NCBI GenBank assembly: GCA_964514375.1
Contig: CAZEQH010000002.1
Span: 3,742-67,741 of the forward strand
Direction: 5' to 3'
Origin: an uncultured Candidatus Saccharibacteria bacterium
GTDB taxonomy: Bacteria > Patescibacteriota > Minisyncoccia > Minisyncoccales > JANBVM01
DNA: 64,000 bases
Both the position numbers and the translations under genes were made by a program. Below are positions 1-9,781 of the stretch, one piece after another (position 1 is the stretch's first letter; each line of letters starts with the position of its first letter). The notes under the pieces are model-generated. The model made no database searches. It worked only from the letters and a program-made list of their open reading frames with translations, and was not told where the DNA came from.

Positions 1-416
1 TTATTACTGTTACCCAAAAAGGGCAGTTGAGAGGATGTATAGGGACATATCTTCCTACTAAGGACAATATTGCTCTGGAGATTATAGAAAACGCCTTAGC
101 TTCAGCTTCCCGGGACCCGAGATTCGAGAAAATTAGCGAAGAGGAGCTGCCTTATCTTGATTACTCGGTGTCTATTTTGAGCAAACCGGAGCAGGTAAAA
201 AATATTGAGGAACTGGATCCTGAGAAATACGGTATACTGGTCAGAAATTTTCCTGAAGATAAGAGATTAGGAATTAAGTCCGGACTTCTTTTACCTGACC
301 TGGAAGGGATAGAAACCAAACAAAAACAGGTCATTTTGGCCTGTTATAAAGCTGGTATTGATCCTGAAAAAGAAAAAATAGTTATTTTCAGATTTACTAC
401 TAAGGTCCATTCTTGA
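1..416 (+). CDS. AMMECR1-domain protein (AmmeMemoRadiSam protein A), 5'-truncated by the window edge
   Basis: Motifs LRGCIGT, DPRF and GLLLP; the frame is open toward the window start. Confidence 0.85.
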   Translation, partial: ITVTQKGQLRGCIGTYLPTKDNIALEIIENALASASRDPRFEKISEEELPYLDYSVSILSKPEQVKNIEELDPEKYGILVRNFPEDKRLGIKSGLLLPDLEGIETKQKQVILACYKAGIDPEKEKIVIFRFTTKVHS

Positions 417-442
417 TTCTCGCCTATCCTCTTCCTCTTCTT

Positions 443-742
443 TTATATCTTCTCCATCAGTTCACGGACGAACGCCTTCATCTTCTTTAATTCCTCCCTT
501 CCTTTTTTAGTGGTGGAAAATGCTCTCTTTCCCCTGAACTTTTCTTTCTTTATATGTCCCTGGCTTCTTAACCTATAAAGGACGCGGGAGGTTAAGAGTC
601 TGCCTGGTAGGAACCCGAATTTCTCAAAAATCAATTTTCTGACTTCCTCTATAGGAATCTCCCTTTCGGTTCCCAAAAACAGGATATATACCCAAACATT
701 ATTTTCCGTATTTGATTTTTTAAACCTTTCAAAGGGTTCCAT
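443..742 (-). CDS. PadR-family winged-helix regulator
   Basis: Probable start MEPFERFKKSNTENNVWVYIL; RVLYRL..G and TKKGREEL motifs; paralog of 1928..2230. Confidence 0.7.
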   Translation of the reverse strand: MEPFERFKKSNTENNVWVYILFLGTEREIPIEEVRKLIFEKFGFLPGRLLTSRVLYRLRSQGHIKKEKFRGKRAFSTTKKGREELKKMKAFVRELMEKI

Positions 743-758
743 GGTTTTGATATAGAAA

Positions 759-1862
759 TTATCTTTCCCGTTTTCCCAGTATAAATTCTTCAACCATTTC
801 TCTGGCTTTTTCGTCACTGAACTGCTGGGGCGGATGCTTCATGAAGTAGGCTGAGCTGGAAATAAGGGGTCCTCCTATTTTTCTGTCCAGGGCAATCTTG
901 GCCAGCCTTACGGCATCTATAACACATCCCGCAGAATTGGGAGAGTCCTCTACCTTAAGGCGCATTTCCAGTTCCATGGGTATGTCGCCAAACTGGCGGC
1001 CTTCCAGGCGTATGAAGGCAATTTTCCTGTCCTTCAGCCAGGGCACGTAGTCTGAGGGGCCGATGTGGAGGTTGTCATAACTGAGTCTTTTAGACAGCTG
1101 AGACTCTACGCTTTCCGTTTTGGAAAGTTTTTTTGACTTCAATCGCTTTCGGGAAAGCATGTTCAGGAAATCCGTATTGCCTCCTACGTTAAGCTGATAA
1201 GAATAGTCGACGTTCACTCCTCTTTCTGAGAAAAGATGACCCAGCACCCTATGTACAATGGTGGCTCCCACTTGGCTCTTAATATCGTCTCCTATGACGG
1301 GCAGGTTTTTCTTCTCAAACTTTTCTGCCCAGATAGGGTCTGAAGCCACGAAAACGGGAATGCAGTTAACCAGGGCGCAGTTGGCTTTCAGAGCTTCTGC
1401 GGCATAGAACTTAATGGCTTTTTCTGAGCCTACCGGCAGGAAATTAACCAGGATCTGGACTCCGGATTTTTTAAGCTCTGCGGATACATTGACCGGTTTC
1501 TGTTTTGCCGCTACAAACACTCTGTCTTGGGGATAGTTTTTCATATGTTCCGCTACTCCATCCATAACCGGTCCCATTTTTACTTTTACTCCCAAATTTG
1601 GTATCTTGGAATAGAAGACTTTGGTACAATTGGGCTTGGAAAATATGGCCTGGGAAACATCCTTCCCTACTTTCCTCTTGTCTACCTCAAAGGCTGCTGC
1701 TATCTTAATGTCAAAGGGCTTATATCCGCCTACCAGATTATGCATCAAACCCGGTATGAGGGAATCATCGTCCTTTACTTCCTTGTAATAGAATATCCCC
1801 TGTATGAGAGCTGAGGCGCAGTTACCCAATCCGGCAATAGCGATTTTGATAGGTTTAGACAT
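759..1862 (-). CDS. ino1: myo-inositol-1-phosphate synthase
   Basis: IAIAGLGNCAS NAD-binding motif, GDDIKSQVGAT, QLNVGGNTDF, EDSPNSAG; start taken at MSKPIK. Confidence 0.95.
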   Translation of the reverse strand: MSKPIKIAIAGLGNCASALIQGIFYYKEVKDDDSLIPGLMHNLVGGYKPFDIKIAAAFEVDKRKVGKDVSQAIFSKPNCTKVFYSKIPNLGVKVKMGPVMDGVAEHMKNYPQDRVFVAAKQKPVNVSAELKKSGVQILVNFLPVGSEKAIKFYAAEALKANCALVNCIPVFVASDPIWAEKFEKKNLPVIGDDIKSQVGATIVHRVLGHLFSERGVNVDYSYQLNVGGNTDFLNMLSRKRLKSKKLSKTESVESQLSKRLSYDNLHIGPSDYVPWLKDRKIAFIRLEGRQFGDIPMELEMRLKVEDSPNSAGCVIDAVRLAKIALDRKIGGPLISSSAYFMKHPPQQFSDEKAREMVEEFILGKRER

Positions 1863-1927
1863 TGTTTTATTATTATAAAATATTTTACGCTTGTAAAATA
1901 ACTTGTCAAGGAACAGGTTGTGCAAAA

Positions 1928-2230
1928 ATGCTTCCCTTAGAGCGTCTTAAAAAAATTAATACCAGAGAAAATCTATGGATTTATATACTTTCTCTGCTGA
2001 CGGAGAGAGAGGTTTACGGTTGGGAAATTCCCAAAATGATAGAGGAAAGATTTAACTTCAAGCCTGGCAAGATTACTCCCTACCGCGTCCTATACGACCT
2101 GGAAAAAGAAGGGTTTGTTACGAGCAATATGAAGAAAAGAAGAAAATTTTACAAGATTACCGCCAAAGGCCGGGAAGAGTTAGTGAGAGCGAAGGGTTTC
2201 TACAAAAATATTCTGGAAGTGCTAAAATAG
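1928..2230 (+). CDS. PadR-family transcriptional regulator
   Basis: ILSLL..REVYGWEI, Y.VL..LEKEG, RKFYKITAKGREEL; start taken at ATG 1928. Confidence 0.85.
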   Translation: MLPLERLKKINTRENLWIYILSLLTEREVYGWEIPKMIEERFNFKPGKITPYRVLYDLEKEGFVTSNMKKRRKFYKITAKGREELVRAKGFYKNILEVLK

Positions 2231-2235
2231 CTCCT

Positions 2236-2751
2236 ATGGCTAAAGACCCTATGGTTAAAAGAAAAAAAACATCACCAGATAAGAAGAAAGAATCTAAGAA
2301 AAGTAAGACTCGGAGGAAAACCGCTTCAAAGAAACAAGAAGAAACCAAAATCCAGAAAATCGTCAATCATTATTTTCACACCAAAGGATTAAGTTTAGAG
2401 GAAATCAAGGATGATGCCAGGAAGAAGAAAATCATTTATTCCAGATTTACCAGGCCGGCCAAGCAGCTTTTGGAGCTGGCGGGCTCTGTGAATAAAGCTG
2501 AGGCCGCCATCGATAAAGTGGCAGAATGGGCTAATTCCCGCCATCTGGATTATGCCATAGAAACCGTTTTTAAAAAGTGGCTGGAGCTGGACAGACTTAA
2601 ACCCAAGGAGATAGTTAAAAAGCCCTACTACAGAGGCAACGCCATGGTCTGGTCGGAAACTGAGAAGAAATGGTATGTTATCAGTGAGGACGGCGATTGG
2701 CTTGAATTTGCCGGTGAAGAATCAGACATCGAATGGCGCATCATTAAATAA
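2236..2751 (+). CDS. hypothetical protein with basic N-terminus
   Basis: 171-aa ORF, co-oriented between padR and efp. Confidence 0.65.
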   Translation: MAKDPMVKRKKTSPDKKKESKKSKTRRKTASKKQEETKIQKIVNHYFHTKGLSLEEIKDDARKKKIIYSRFTRPAKQLLELAGSVNKAEAAIDKVAEWANSRHLDYAIETVFKKWLELDRLKPKEIVKKPYYRGNAMVWSETEKKWYVISEDGDWLEFAGEESDIEWRIIK

Positions 2752-2773
2752 AATAATAAATTAGATTACCACA

Positions 2774-3337
2774 ATGCTTTCATACTCAGAATTATCAAAA
2801 GGAGACCAGATTATCATGAACGGTGACCCCTACGAGATAGTAGAGGCTTCTTCAACGGTCAAAGCCAGGGGTAGTTCGGTGCTGCAGGTAAGGATTAGAA
2901 ACCTTAAGACCGGAAGCGTTATTTCCGACACCTTCCATCCTTCAGACTCTTTCGAGGAAGCCCAGATCAGCAAGATAGCAGCCAAGTTCCTCTACTCTCA
3001 CAGAGGGGAATATGTCTTCTGCGAGCAGGATAACCCTTCCAAAAGATTTTCTCTGTCAGAAGATAAAATCGGAGACAAAAAGAGCTTTTTTAAAGCCAAT
3101 CAGGAAGTGGAAGCCTTTGTATTCGAGAACGAGGTTATTAACGTTTCTCTGCCCATTAAGATTAATCTCAAAGTAACCCAAGCTCCCCCGGGCATCAAGG
3201 GAGACAGGTCGCAGTCCGGAACTAAAATCGTTACTTTGGAGAGCGGAGCTAAAGTAAATGCCCCTCTCTTTGTGGAGAGCGGAGACATAATTGAAGTAAA
3301 TACTGAAAGCGGAGAATACGTGAGAAGGATTGAGTGA
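2774..3337 (+). CDS. efp: elongation factor P
   Basis: KARG loop, PGIKGDR, LESGAKVNAPLFV, NTESGEYVRR. Confidence 0.95.
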   Translation: MLSYSELSKGDQIIMNGDPYEIVEASSTVKARGSSVLQVRIRNLKTGSVISDTFHPSDSFEEAQISKIAAKFLYSHRGEYVFCEQDNPSKRFSLSEDKIGDKKSFFKANQEVEAFVFENEVINVSLPIKINLKVTQAPPGIKGDRSQSGTKIVTLESGAKVNAPLFVESGDIIEVNTESGEYVRRIE

Positions 3338-3351
3338 TTGCAATCCTATCC

Positions 3352-3966
3352 CTACTTCCTCCTTTTCGGAGTCCACAATTCACCCCACCAGCGGCTGGGG
3401 TTTTGTTTTTTAACTTCTTCAGCTATTTTTTTAGCTAATTCCGTAAACATGCGCTGATGCTCCTGGTCTTTCCTTTTGGATTTGCCGTTCCCATTATCTT
3501 TAAGCCAGCTGGCGGCTTCTTTATTTCCCTGCAGTTCGTATTCTTTCAGCAGGAAGATTTCATCCAATCTGTCTGCGTCCTTGGCGATACGCGCTTCTAA
3601 GCTTTCCCTTCCCTGGTATTCCTCAGACAATTCCAGCAGCTCTGCAGAATGCGGCAGACCTTTGAGCTGTCCTTGTCTTATTTCTTCTTCAAATATCTTG
3701 ACGTACCTCTTATGCACCCAGTTTTGGTCGCCGCACCTGGTTTCTTCAATGTCGTGGAGCAGGCACATTTTTACCACCTTATCTGCGTCGGCTTCAAGCT
3801 CTTTAGCCAGGAAATAACCGATAACGGCCGTCCTGAAGGAATGAGATGCAATGTTGTCGCTGGGGTCCGAACTTAAGAAGGCCTGCTGGTGCATCCTCAT
3901 TATTTTTCTCAGTGTTCCCATTTCATATAAGAAGGAAACTAATTCTTTGATTTTGTTATTTTTCAT
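3352..3966 (-). CDS. HD-domain phosphohydrolase (YfbR/HDDC2-like nucleotidase)
   Basis: ASHSFR, LLHD.EE.R.GD, KDADRLD. Confidence 0.85.
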   Translation of the reverse strand: MKNNKIKELVSFLYEMGTLRKIMRMHQQAFLSSDPSDNIASHSFRTAVIGYFLAKELEADADKVVKMCLLHDIEETRCGDQNWVHKRYVKIFEEEIRQGQLKGLPHSAELLELSEEYQGRESLEARIAKDADRLDEIFLLKEYELQGNKEAASWLKDNGNGKSKRKDQEHQRMFTELAKKIAEEVKKQNPSRWWGELWTPKRRK

Positions 3967-3969
3967 AGT

Positions 3970-4779
3970 TTATAATATAGCTTTTTCTGCTTTTAATCTG
4001 CAGTCGCAGGTTTTTCTTTCAGGGATGTCTTTAATTATTTCCGAAATTAAAATTTTTAACTTCTCGGTGTTTTCCTGAAACGTGTTTATAATTTGTTCTA
4101 TGGAAACAGGTTCCATTTTTTTCCGAGAATAAATACCCACGTCGTAATCTGTGACCAGGGAGATGTTAAGATAGCAGATGCCCAGTTCAGCAGCCAGCAC
4201 CGCTTCCGGATACTGAGTCATATTTACTAGGTCCCATCCCATTCCCGAAAACCAGAGGCTTTCAGCCAAAGTAGAAAATCTCGGTCCTTCAATAACCACC
4301 ACGGTGCCTTTGGGATGAAATTTCAATTTCAATCTCTCGGCCTGCTTTGCGGCATTTCTTCGCATCTGCGGACAATAAGGATTGGCCGTGGAAATGTGGG
4401 CCACCTTGGGGCCGTCAAAAAAAGTGTCCTTTCTTGATTTGGTGCGGTCTACAAACTGGTCGCAGAAAACAAAGTCACCGGGCTTGATACCCGTTTTCAG
4501 AGAGCCCACGGCGGAAGGAGCAATAATCCGGCTGACGCCTAATTTATCCAAGGCCGCGATATTGGCCCTGTAAGGTACTTTATGAGGAGGTAGCTGATGC
4601 TTTGCTCCATGGCGAGGGAGGAAGGCAACGTTAGTATTCCCCACTCTTCCTATGGTAACGGCGCAGCTTGGGAGGCCGAATCTGGTTTTTACTTCTAATT
4701 TCGAAGTTTTTCCCTTGAAAAAACTGTAAAAACCCGTCCCACCTATGATTCCTATGGATGAGGCACGTTTCTGCTCCAT
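3970..4779 (-). CDS. mtnP: S-methyl-5'-thioadenosine phosphorylase
   Basis: GIIGGTG, FLPRHG, YRANI, EGPRFST.AES, MTQYPE, VTDYD. Confidence 0.92.
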   Translation of the reverse strand: MEQKRASSIGIIGGTGFYSFFKGKTSKLEVKTRFGLPSCAVTIGRVGNTNVAFLPRHGAKHQLPPHKVPYRANIAALDKLGVSRIIAPSAVGSLKTGIKPGDFVFCDQFVDRTKSRKDTFFDGPKVAHISTANPYCPQMRRNAAKQAERLKLKFHPKGTVVVIEGPRFSTLAESLWFSGMGWDLVNMTQYPEAVLAAELGICYLNISLVTDYDVGIYSRKKMEPVSIEQIINTFQENTEKLKILISEIIKDIPERKTCDCRLKAEKAIL

Positions 4780-4782
4780 TGT

Positions 4783-5319
4783 TTAATAACTGGCCAAACA
4801 CCTTATCTTATAACCTTTGAGTTTCTTTCTTCCCTTGAGAGCCTTCAATTCTATTAGAAAATCTATTCCGGCTATTTTGCCTTTCAGTCTTTTAACCAGG
4901 TTAACGGCGGCCTTCATAGTGCCTCCAGTGGCCAAAACGTCATCTACGATAACAATCCTTTCCGCAGGCATTATGGAATCCTTATGTATTTCAACGGTAT
5001 TGCTGGCATACTCCAGGGAATACTTCTGGGAAATCTTTTCAGCGGGCAGTTTTCCCTGTTTTCTTATTATGGCAATCCCTGTTTTTAACTTATACGCTAA
5101 ACCTGCAGCCATGATAAATCCCCTGGCATCTATACCCACAATTTTGTCTATTTTTTGCGAAACGTAGGGTTCAGCCAATGCATTGATAACTTTCCTGAAT
5201 GTAAACCCATCCTGCAGAAGAGGCGTGATATCCTTAAAGTCCACTCCCCTTTTAGGCCAGTCTGGTATTTCTCTTATCCTCTCCTTTATCAGTTTTTCCA
5301 TTTTTTTATTTTTTGCCAT
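4783..5319 (-). CDS. apt: adenine phosphoribosyltransferase
   Basis: PDWPK.GV.FKDITP, DARGF, RK.GKLP, VDDVLATGGT. Confidence 0.95.
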   Translation of the reverse strand: MAKNKKMEKLIKERIREIPDWPKRGVDFKDITPLLQDGFTFRKVINALAEPYVSQKIDKIVGIDARGFIMAAGLAYKLKTGIAIIRKQGKLPAEKISQKYSLEYASNTVEIHKDSIMPAERIVIVDDVLATGGTMKAAVNLVKRLKGKIAGIDFLIELKALKGRKKLKGYKIRCLASY

Positions 5320-5328
5320 AATCTCTTG

Positions 5329-5931
5329 TCACCATTTTAATAAAAACTCATGGCAGTTGTCTCCCCTGAAAACGCATTTCGTTTCTTCGCAGGTTGCCTC
5401 TTTACCTACTATCATCTGGATGGCCTTGGAAAAATATCCGGAAAAAATTTGGCAGTACAGAGGATGGGCGCTGAAATCTTCCACTCTCAGCACAATAATG
5501 TTTTTCTCTTTATCGCGCATTACTATCTTTAAATGCCCCAGATCTCCTCCTTTTTCCCAGAGATTATCAGCTTCCTTGGTGAGTTTTTCCAGGGAAATAA
5601 AATATTTCATAAAGAGTTTGATAAGGAGAGAGAATTTTACTCCGAATTTCCCTATCTCCCTGAATTTTTCATCAGGATAGCGAAACAGTTTTTTTATTGT
5701 TATCAGGGTTGCCAACTCCATTCTCAGCGGATAAAAATCCATGGCTTTTATTTCTTTGTATTGTACGGGATAACCGGCTTCGGCCATGGCCCTTTCCAGC
5801 CTTTCTAATCCTTCCGGGCCCTCTTTTTCATAAATAAAATCGGCGTGAGCCTTCATCCCCATGCCTCTAACCTGGCCTTTGGCTTCTTCTAATTTTTTTG
5901 TTTCTTCTTCTGAAAATTTTTCCTGAGACAT
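5329..5931 (-). CDS. stand-alone H-NOX/V4R-like protein, paralog 1
   Basis: GQVRG..K, MDFYP, HPLYC..GY, CEETKC..GD..HEF..W. Confidence 0.75.
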   Translation of the reverse strand: MSQEKFSEEETKKLEEAKGQVRGMGMKAHADFIYEKEGPEGLERLERAMAEAGYPVQYKEIKAMDFYPLRMELATLITIKKLFRYPDEKFREIGKFGVKFSLLIKLFMKYFISLEKLTKEADNLWEKGGDLGHLKIVMRDKEKNIIVLRVEDFSAHPLYCQIFSGYFSKAIQMIVGKEATCEETKCVFRGDNCHEFLLKW

Positions 5932-6040
5932 AATGCTTTTATAATTTTAGCAGAAATAATCATTCCCATACAGGCTTTGAGTTTGTAAAATGATACAATC
6001 TCTTATAAAATACTAATAATAAATACTGTTTGAAAATCTT

Positions 6041-6262
6041 GTGTTTAATTTCTTTCCTTTACTCTTTGCTATAATTCTTATTGCCTACGCTTGGTATTCT
6101 TTTTCCATAATCTACCATCTCATTAGATTTGGAATTGGTAAACATCCAAAGGTCCTTGCATTAGTCTTCTTTTTCGGCTCTTTTTTGTTATTTGCCCTTT
6201 TCTTGTTTTCTTACAACAGGGTTGATTGGAAACAAATGCTCGAATTTCTATTCCATAGTTAA
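6041..6262 (+). CDS. small membrane protein
   Basis: Two hydrophobic segments; GTG start. Confidence 0.55.
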   Translation: MFNFFPLLFAIILIAYAWYSFSIIYHLIRFGIGKHPKVLALVFFFGSFLLFALFLFSYNRVDWKQMLEFLFHS

Positions 6263-6272
6263 TTTTTCATCT

Positions 6273-6797
6273 ATGTCTATTTTTTCAGCATCAACCAACA
6301 GTTTCCGCAGAGAGGCGCCGGAAGAAAAAACAATCCTGGTTACCAGGAAACACGAGATAAATTTACTTATGCCTCTCTATACTGCTTTGGGGATAGCCTT
6401 AATACCATTTTTAATTTATCTTTCCATCAAATCTCAATCCTGGTACTACGTTTTTTCCGCCCTTTACTGGTCGCTGTACTTCCTTTATCTGCTCGTGCTC
6501 TGGAGCTTGGCTTTTTATAACGTCATGATTTATTTCCTCAATAACGTTGTCGTGACCGACAGGAGGGTGATAGAAAATCACCAGCGAGGATTTTTCAATC
6601 ACGAATCAAACGAACTGGAGCTGGATAAAATCCAGGATATCTCTGTTAAGATTGCGGGTTCTGTGGCTCATTTCCTGGATTTTGGAGATATAGAAATCCA
6701 GAGCGCAGGGACTGATAGAAAGTTTATTTTTACCAGGCTTCCTAATCCCGAGAAGATAAAAGAAACCATAATGCAGCTGAAAATGAAATCCGGATGA
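6273..6797 (+). CDS. membrane protein with bacterial PH domain
   Basis: Two TM segments, then VTDRRVI..GFF..L.KIQDI..FGDIEIQSAG. Confidence 0.8.
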   Translation: MSIFSASTNSFRREAPEEKTILVTRKHEINLLMPLYTALGIALIPFLIYLSIKSQSWYYVFSALYWSLYFLYLLVLWSLAFYNVMIYFLNNVVVTDRRVIENHQRGFFNHESNELELDKIQDISVKIAGSVAHFLDFGDIEIQSAGTDRKFIFTRLPNPEKIKETIMQLKMKSG

Positions 6798-6861
6798 TTT
6801 TTAATTTACCGCAGAAGAAAAACGGAGCCTGGAGCTCCGCTTTTAATTTGTGAAAAGATTT

Positions 6862-7413
6862 CTATCGGCCTTCTGCAGCGAAACATGCCGCGCACACCGG
6901 TTTGTAGACATATGTTCCATCATCCGGCACCACGGAGGGAAGACCTCTTAATATGGGATTGGAATCCTTGAATATCTGGGTATATACAGCTTTCCTGCTG
7001 CCGCATTTTTCGCACAAAGATTTTCTATATTCCACTTTTTCGGGATTTAACGTTAAAAGATTTTTGATAATAAGAAAGGTTTGCCCGCGGTAATCTTTAT
7101 CCAGGCCGGAAGCCACTATCGTCATATTGTCCTCCATCATATCCTTGACGGCCTTATAATCATCAGGTTCAAACATATGTATTTCGTCCAATCCTATTAT
7201 AGCTCCTTTCATTTTTGGTATTTCAAAAAGACTCTTGATTTTTTTAGCTTTCATGTAGACTCCTTCTCGGGATACTATGAGGTCGTCTCTTACGTTCCTG
7301 AGGGGCTGGAACAGTGAAAAGGGAATGTTATTTTTCTGGAGTGCTCTAAAACAGGAAATCAATCTCAGGGATTTGCCGCTTTTCATCGGTCCCAGGATTA
7401 AATGCAGTTTCAT
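6862..7413 (-). CDS. tdk: thymidine kinase
   Basis: GPMKSGKS, LDEIH, SGLDKDYRG, CxxC...CxxC Zn site. Confidence 0.9.
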   Translation of the reverse strand: MKLHLILGPMKSGKSLRLISCFRALQKNNIPFSLFQPLRNVRDDLIVSREGVYMKAKKIKSLFEIPKMKGAIIGLDEIHMFEPDDYKAVKDMMEDNMTIVASGLDKDYRGQTFLIIKNLLTLNPEKVEYRKSLCEKCGSRKAVYTQIFKDSNPILRGLPSVVPDDGTYVYKPVCAACFAAEGR

Positions 7414-7419
7414 AAAAAT

Positions 7420-8508
7420 TTAATTGATTAAACCGATTATTTTTTCCTCGATTTCAGAAAGCGGATTATAAATAATCTTTTTGGCAGAATAATTCAAGGA
7501 AGAGTGTATTAATCCGTGTACCGTCGCACACCCTTCCTGGTCTGTGACATTAACGGCTCCCGTAGGCCTTCTGAATATAGGTTTTGCCCCATTCCTTGCG
7601 CTTTTTCTGTCTTCTTCTCCAAGAAAGCTTTCTGAGACGTCTTTATCCTCCATTCCCCCGAAGTCCGGAAGGAAAATAAAATTAATTTCTTCAAAGAGTA
7701 AATTGCTGCAGGCAGTGTCCTTGACGGCATTCCTTAATCTTTTATTTTCCTTCAGGAAAGAACTTACGATGTCAAATCTGCTTGTAAACGAAGCAGTGCT
7801 GCTGTATTCCTTTTTGTCAATTTCCAGGAGTCGGTTTTTTTTGTCGGGAAAAAAATATTTTCCTTCCCTCTCCTTTTCCAGCCGGCTTATGAACTCTGCT
7901 GCTCTGGTTATGTCTTTTCCTGTAAAATACTTGCCTAAAAGTCCTTTTTGCGATTCAGGAAGGGAAATAATATAAAGATATTTTGTTTCATCTCTCGATA
8001 GGTTCTTTTCCAATAATGCCTGCAGCTTGTCCATCAGCTGAAATCTTTTATCATGGGAAAGCCCTTCTTCTTTGATTACTTCAATGCGGATGGTGTCTTT
8101 ATCGGCGCCTATAATGGAGATTCCGCTCCTTTTTTCTCCCGAAGGGAACTTTCTTTCCCACTCAACCATCGTTTCTTTACTATCCTTGAATTTCTTGAAA
8201 TAAAAGGCAGCAATAATTATCTCAAAAATTACCAATTGCTGCTCCCACCATCCGGAACTGCTTAACAGTTTACTCAATATTTTAGGAAGATACTTTTCTT
8301 TGTCTCTTTCCTTGATAATATTGATTGCCGCAGTAAGTCTAGGATAGATGAGAGGGTGGCAGAGAGAATTGAAGAGAGGATGCCTCATCCCGCTATCTCC
8401 TTCTCCCATTATCAAATCAAGATACTTTTTTGGCAGCCTGTTCTCAAACAATTCTATATTGGTTCTCACCTTTTCTTCGTCGGTTTTTTGTTTTCCATCC
8501 ATTGGCAT
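7420..8508 (-). CDS. hypothetical protein
   Basis: 362-aa ORF with no recognised motif. Confidence 0.6.
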   Translation of the reverse strand: MPMDGKQKTDEEKVRTNIELFENRLPKKYLDLIMGEGDSGMRHPLFNSLCHPLIYPRLTAAINIIKERDKEKYLPKILSKLLSSSGWWEQQLVIFEIIIAAFYFKKFKDSKETMVEWERKFPSGEKRSGISIIGADKDTIRIEVIKEEGLSHDKRFQLMDKLQALLEKNLSRDETKYLYIISLPESQKGLLGKYFTGKDITRAAEFISRLEKEREGKYFFPDKKNRLLEIDKKEYSSTASFTSRFDIVSSFLKENKRLRNAVKDTACSNLLFEEINFIFLPDFGGMEDKDVSESFLGEEDRKSARNGAKPIFRRPTGAVNVTDQEGCATVHGLIHSSLNYSAKKIIYNPLSEIEEKIIGLIN

Positions 8509-8575
8509 ATTATAACAATTAGAAAAGGCGATTTGAAATCGCCTTGACGTTAATGAGGAACTTTCAAACGCTTTC

Positions 8576-9028
8576 TTATTCCACTTTAATAATCTTATAA
8601 ATCTTGTCTCCTTCCGGCGTTTTCACCTTAATTTTGTCGCTTTTCTCTTTATTCAGGAGAGCGCTGCCCAAAGGAGACTGGTACGATATTTTTCCCGCCA
8701 TAATATCTACCTCTTCCGGAGCTACTATCTTAAACTTGTTTTCTTCTCCGTTTGACCCGACTAAAACAGTAGAGCCGACTTGGACCCTGCCATTTTCTTT
8801 CTTGCTGACGACCTTGGCCTGGGAAATTATTTCTTTCAGCTCTATAATCCTTCCTTCCACAAAGCCTTGGGCATCTTTGGCTTCGTCATAGGCTGCGTTC
8901 TCGCTGAGGTCCCCGAAAGCAGCCGCATATTTTATCCTTTCGGATATTTCCTTTCTCTTTACTGTTTCCAGATATTCCAACTCCTCCTTCAGTTTTTTTA
9001 GTCCTTCTGCTGTAAAATATTTTATCAT
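8576..9028 (-). CDS. greA: transcription elongation factor GreA
   Basis: GDLSENAAY, ISYQSPLG.AL. Confidence 0.95.
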   Translation of the reverse strand: MIKYFTAEGLKKLKEELEYLETVKRKEISERIKYAAAFGDLSENAAYDEAKDAQGFVEGRIIELKEIISQAKVVSKKENGRVQVGSTVLVGSNGEENKFKIVAPEEVDIMAGKISYQSPLGSALLNKEKSDKIKVKTPEGDKIYKIIKVE

Positions 9029-9135
9029 GTTTGATTTTTGGATAAAATTTGTATCGTATATATTAACAGATTATTTTAAAAAATAAAATGTCCGGCCTTC
9101 ATGCGCCGGAAGATTATTTCTTATTTTCGAAACTT

Positions 9136-9732
9136 TTACCACTTTATACTGAACTCGTAATAATTATCCCCTCTATCTATTGATTTTGTCAAATCGCATT
9201 TAGCAGGTTTTCCCGTTACCATCTTTACTATGCTGGAAAAATATCCCGTAAGGTCCTCAAAAAAGATGGAGTGAAGTCTGAAATTCTCCAATCTCACCAC
9301 AGCACGATTTTCCTCCGGTTTATAATCATGTATTTTTAATTCCCCTACCGTGTAGTATTTGCTCCATATCCTCGGCACTTCTTTAAGAAGTCTCTCTACG
9401 GAAAAAAAGTATTTCATAAAAAGCTTGATGATAAGGGATACCTTGGCGTTATTGGCTCCCAGTTCTCCCATTTTTTCTTTGGAATAGTTAAAGAGTTTTT
9501 TGATAATTACTAGATAGAGACCCCATAATTGCAGAGGGTAAAAATCCATAGCCCTTATCTCTTCGCGCTTTATGGGATGTCCTAACTCGGCCATAGTTTT
9601 TTCTAGTTTCTCAAGACCTTCCTTCCCCTCTTCCTTCAATATGAAATCCGATGTAGTTTTGAGGGCCACTCCCCTTACTTCTCCCGTAGCTTTATTCAGC
9701 TCCTCTATTTCTTTTTCTGTTATTAATTTCAT
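9136..9732 (-). CDS. stand-alone H-NOX/V4R-like protein, paralog 2 (putative metal ligands lost)
   Basis: Family motifs GEVRG, MDFYP, KVSLIIKLFMKYF, W.KYYTVG and terminal EF..W. Confidence 0.75.
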   Translation of the reverse strand: MKLITEKEIEELNKATGEVRGVALKTTSDFILKEEGKEGLEKLEKTMAELGHPIKREEIRAMDFYPLQLWGLYLVIIKKLFNYSKEKMGELGANNAKVSLIIKLFMKYFFSVERLLKEVPRIWSKYYTVGELKIHDYKPEENRAVVRLENFRLHSIFFEDLTGYFSSIVKMVTGKPAKCDLTKSIDRGDNYYEFSIKW

Positions 9733-9781
9733 AAAGGTTATTGTATTTTAAAGTCTTTCAGAGCAAAAGACAAACTAATCC

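Noticed and set aside
3352-7413. Nucleotide salvage cluster (HD hydrolase, mtnP, apt, tdk)
   Set aside because: Expected in scavenging small-genome bacteria and not novel
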